A DNA stretch of 63,961 bases, the filler included, from Octopus bimaculoides (taxonomy: Eukaryota): NCBI RefSeq assembly GCF_001194135.2. It is 7 parts of 7 records of this genome, joined end to end, with 100 filler letters (N's around TTAATTAATTAA, not from the genome) between each part and the next. Parts side by side here need not be neighbours in the genome. Positions count along the whole stretch, not along the records: positions 62,730 to 63,961 come from NC_068996.1; 6 more parts are not named here. One strand, written 5' to 3'. Shown piece by piece: positions 63,182 to 63,961 of this stretch (position 1 is the stretch's first letter; every line of letters begins with the position of its first letter). The notes below the pieces were generated by a model that worked only from the letters and a program-made list of their open reading frames with translations, was not told where the DNA came from and ran no database searches. Position numbers and translations under genes: made by a program.

Positions 63182-63941
63182 GCGGTAATTTTAACTTGTT
63201 TATTCTTAGCGCAAGTTATGAAGAGTACAGTTCGATTTTAACAGTTATTTTTTCAAAGCGATAATGGAAGTAACAAAGGAGTATATTCAGCATATTTTGC
63301 TTCATGAGTTCAATAAAGGCAACCAGTGCAAGGAATATTAATGCAGTATATGGGAATCGGACAAGAGGCATAAGCTAGTATCAACGGTGGCTCCAGTAAT
63401 TCCGAGCCGGAAACTACCGCCTAGAAGACGAGCCTCGTCCTGAAAGATCTGTAGTGTTCGATGAGGACGTCCGGCAAACCCTGTTGAGACAAAATCGCAT
63501 TGTAGCTGTTGAAAAACTAACAGAGAAGCTTGGATTTGGTCATTCAGCCATTCATCGAAACCCGCATGCCATCGGAAAACGACCATCTTTGGTTTCAGAA
63601 CGAAAAGATAATGCTCGGTCACATACAGCGAGGATGATATTCCAAAAGCTGGAACAGTTTGAATGGAACACAATGCCCATTTATTCTACAGTCTTCAAAA
63701 TCATTTGGACAGAAAAAAATATGAACTCTGTAGACGAGATCAGAGCAGTACTGTAGGAGTATTTTTCGTCACGGACAAGTGAATTTTGGAAGAGGGGCTT
63801 TGTAAGTCTACCAGATCGATGGAAGAGCATTGTAGAAAATGAAGGAGAGCATATTTTAGATTAAATAGGAACTTTGTTTATCTTTATTTTGAAAAATAAA
63901 AGAAGTATAAAAAAAAACGAATTATTTATGGGATGACCCAA
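63182..63941 (+). pseudogene. Decayed, internally deleted mariner element
   Basis: MEVTKEYIQHILLHEFNKGN... and ...DNARSHTAR...SLPDRWKSIVENEGEHILD*; right TIR ttatttatgggatgacccaa|TA. Confidence 0.85.
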
Positions 63942-63961
63942 TATATATATATATATATATA

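Overview
Repeat-dense, gap-rich animal genomic DNA. The SINE families and AT/GT/TAA/TAGA microsatellites look like an octopus (coleoid cephalopod) draft assembly; this is recognition from memory, not a database result. I find no supportable intact protein-coding gene: the long ORFs in the track run through N gaps or microsatellites, and the real coding signals are decayed transposon fragments (Penelope-like GIY-YIG, R4/Dong-type restriction-like-endonuclease LINE, RTE, L1/Tx1-like RT, Tc1 and mariner). The remainder is several tRNA-derived SINE families (labelled A-E here), hAT and foldback MITEs, a Helitron-like element and a decayed ~95-100 bp minisatellite. The main signal not shown by the ORF track is a set of minimal type-I hammerhead ribozyme (HHR) motifs: seven clear motifs (several with point changes in the core), one degenerate motif and one remnant, from at least four sequence families. 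Several sit in inverted foldback Penelope-type structures. One belongs to a composite insertion at 17485-18080 with a tRNA-like Pol III head, an HHR tail, an inverted duplicate that starts at the predicted cleavage site, and a 12-bp flanking direct repeat. Six identical 44N-TTAATTAATTAA-44N spacers are artificial joins.
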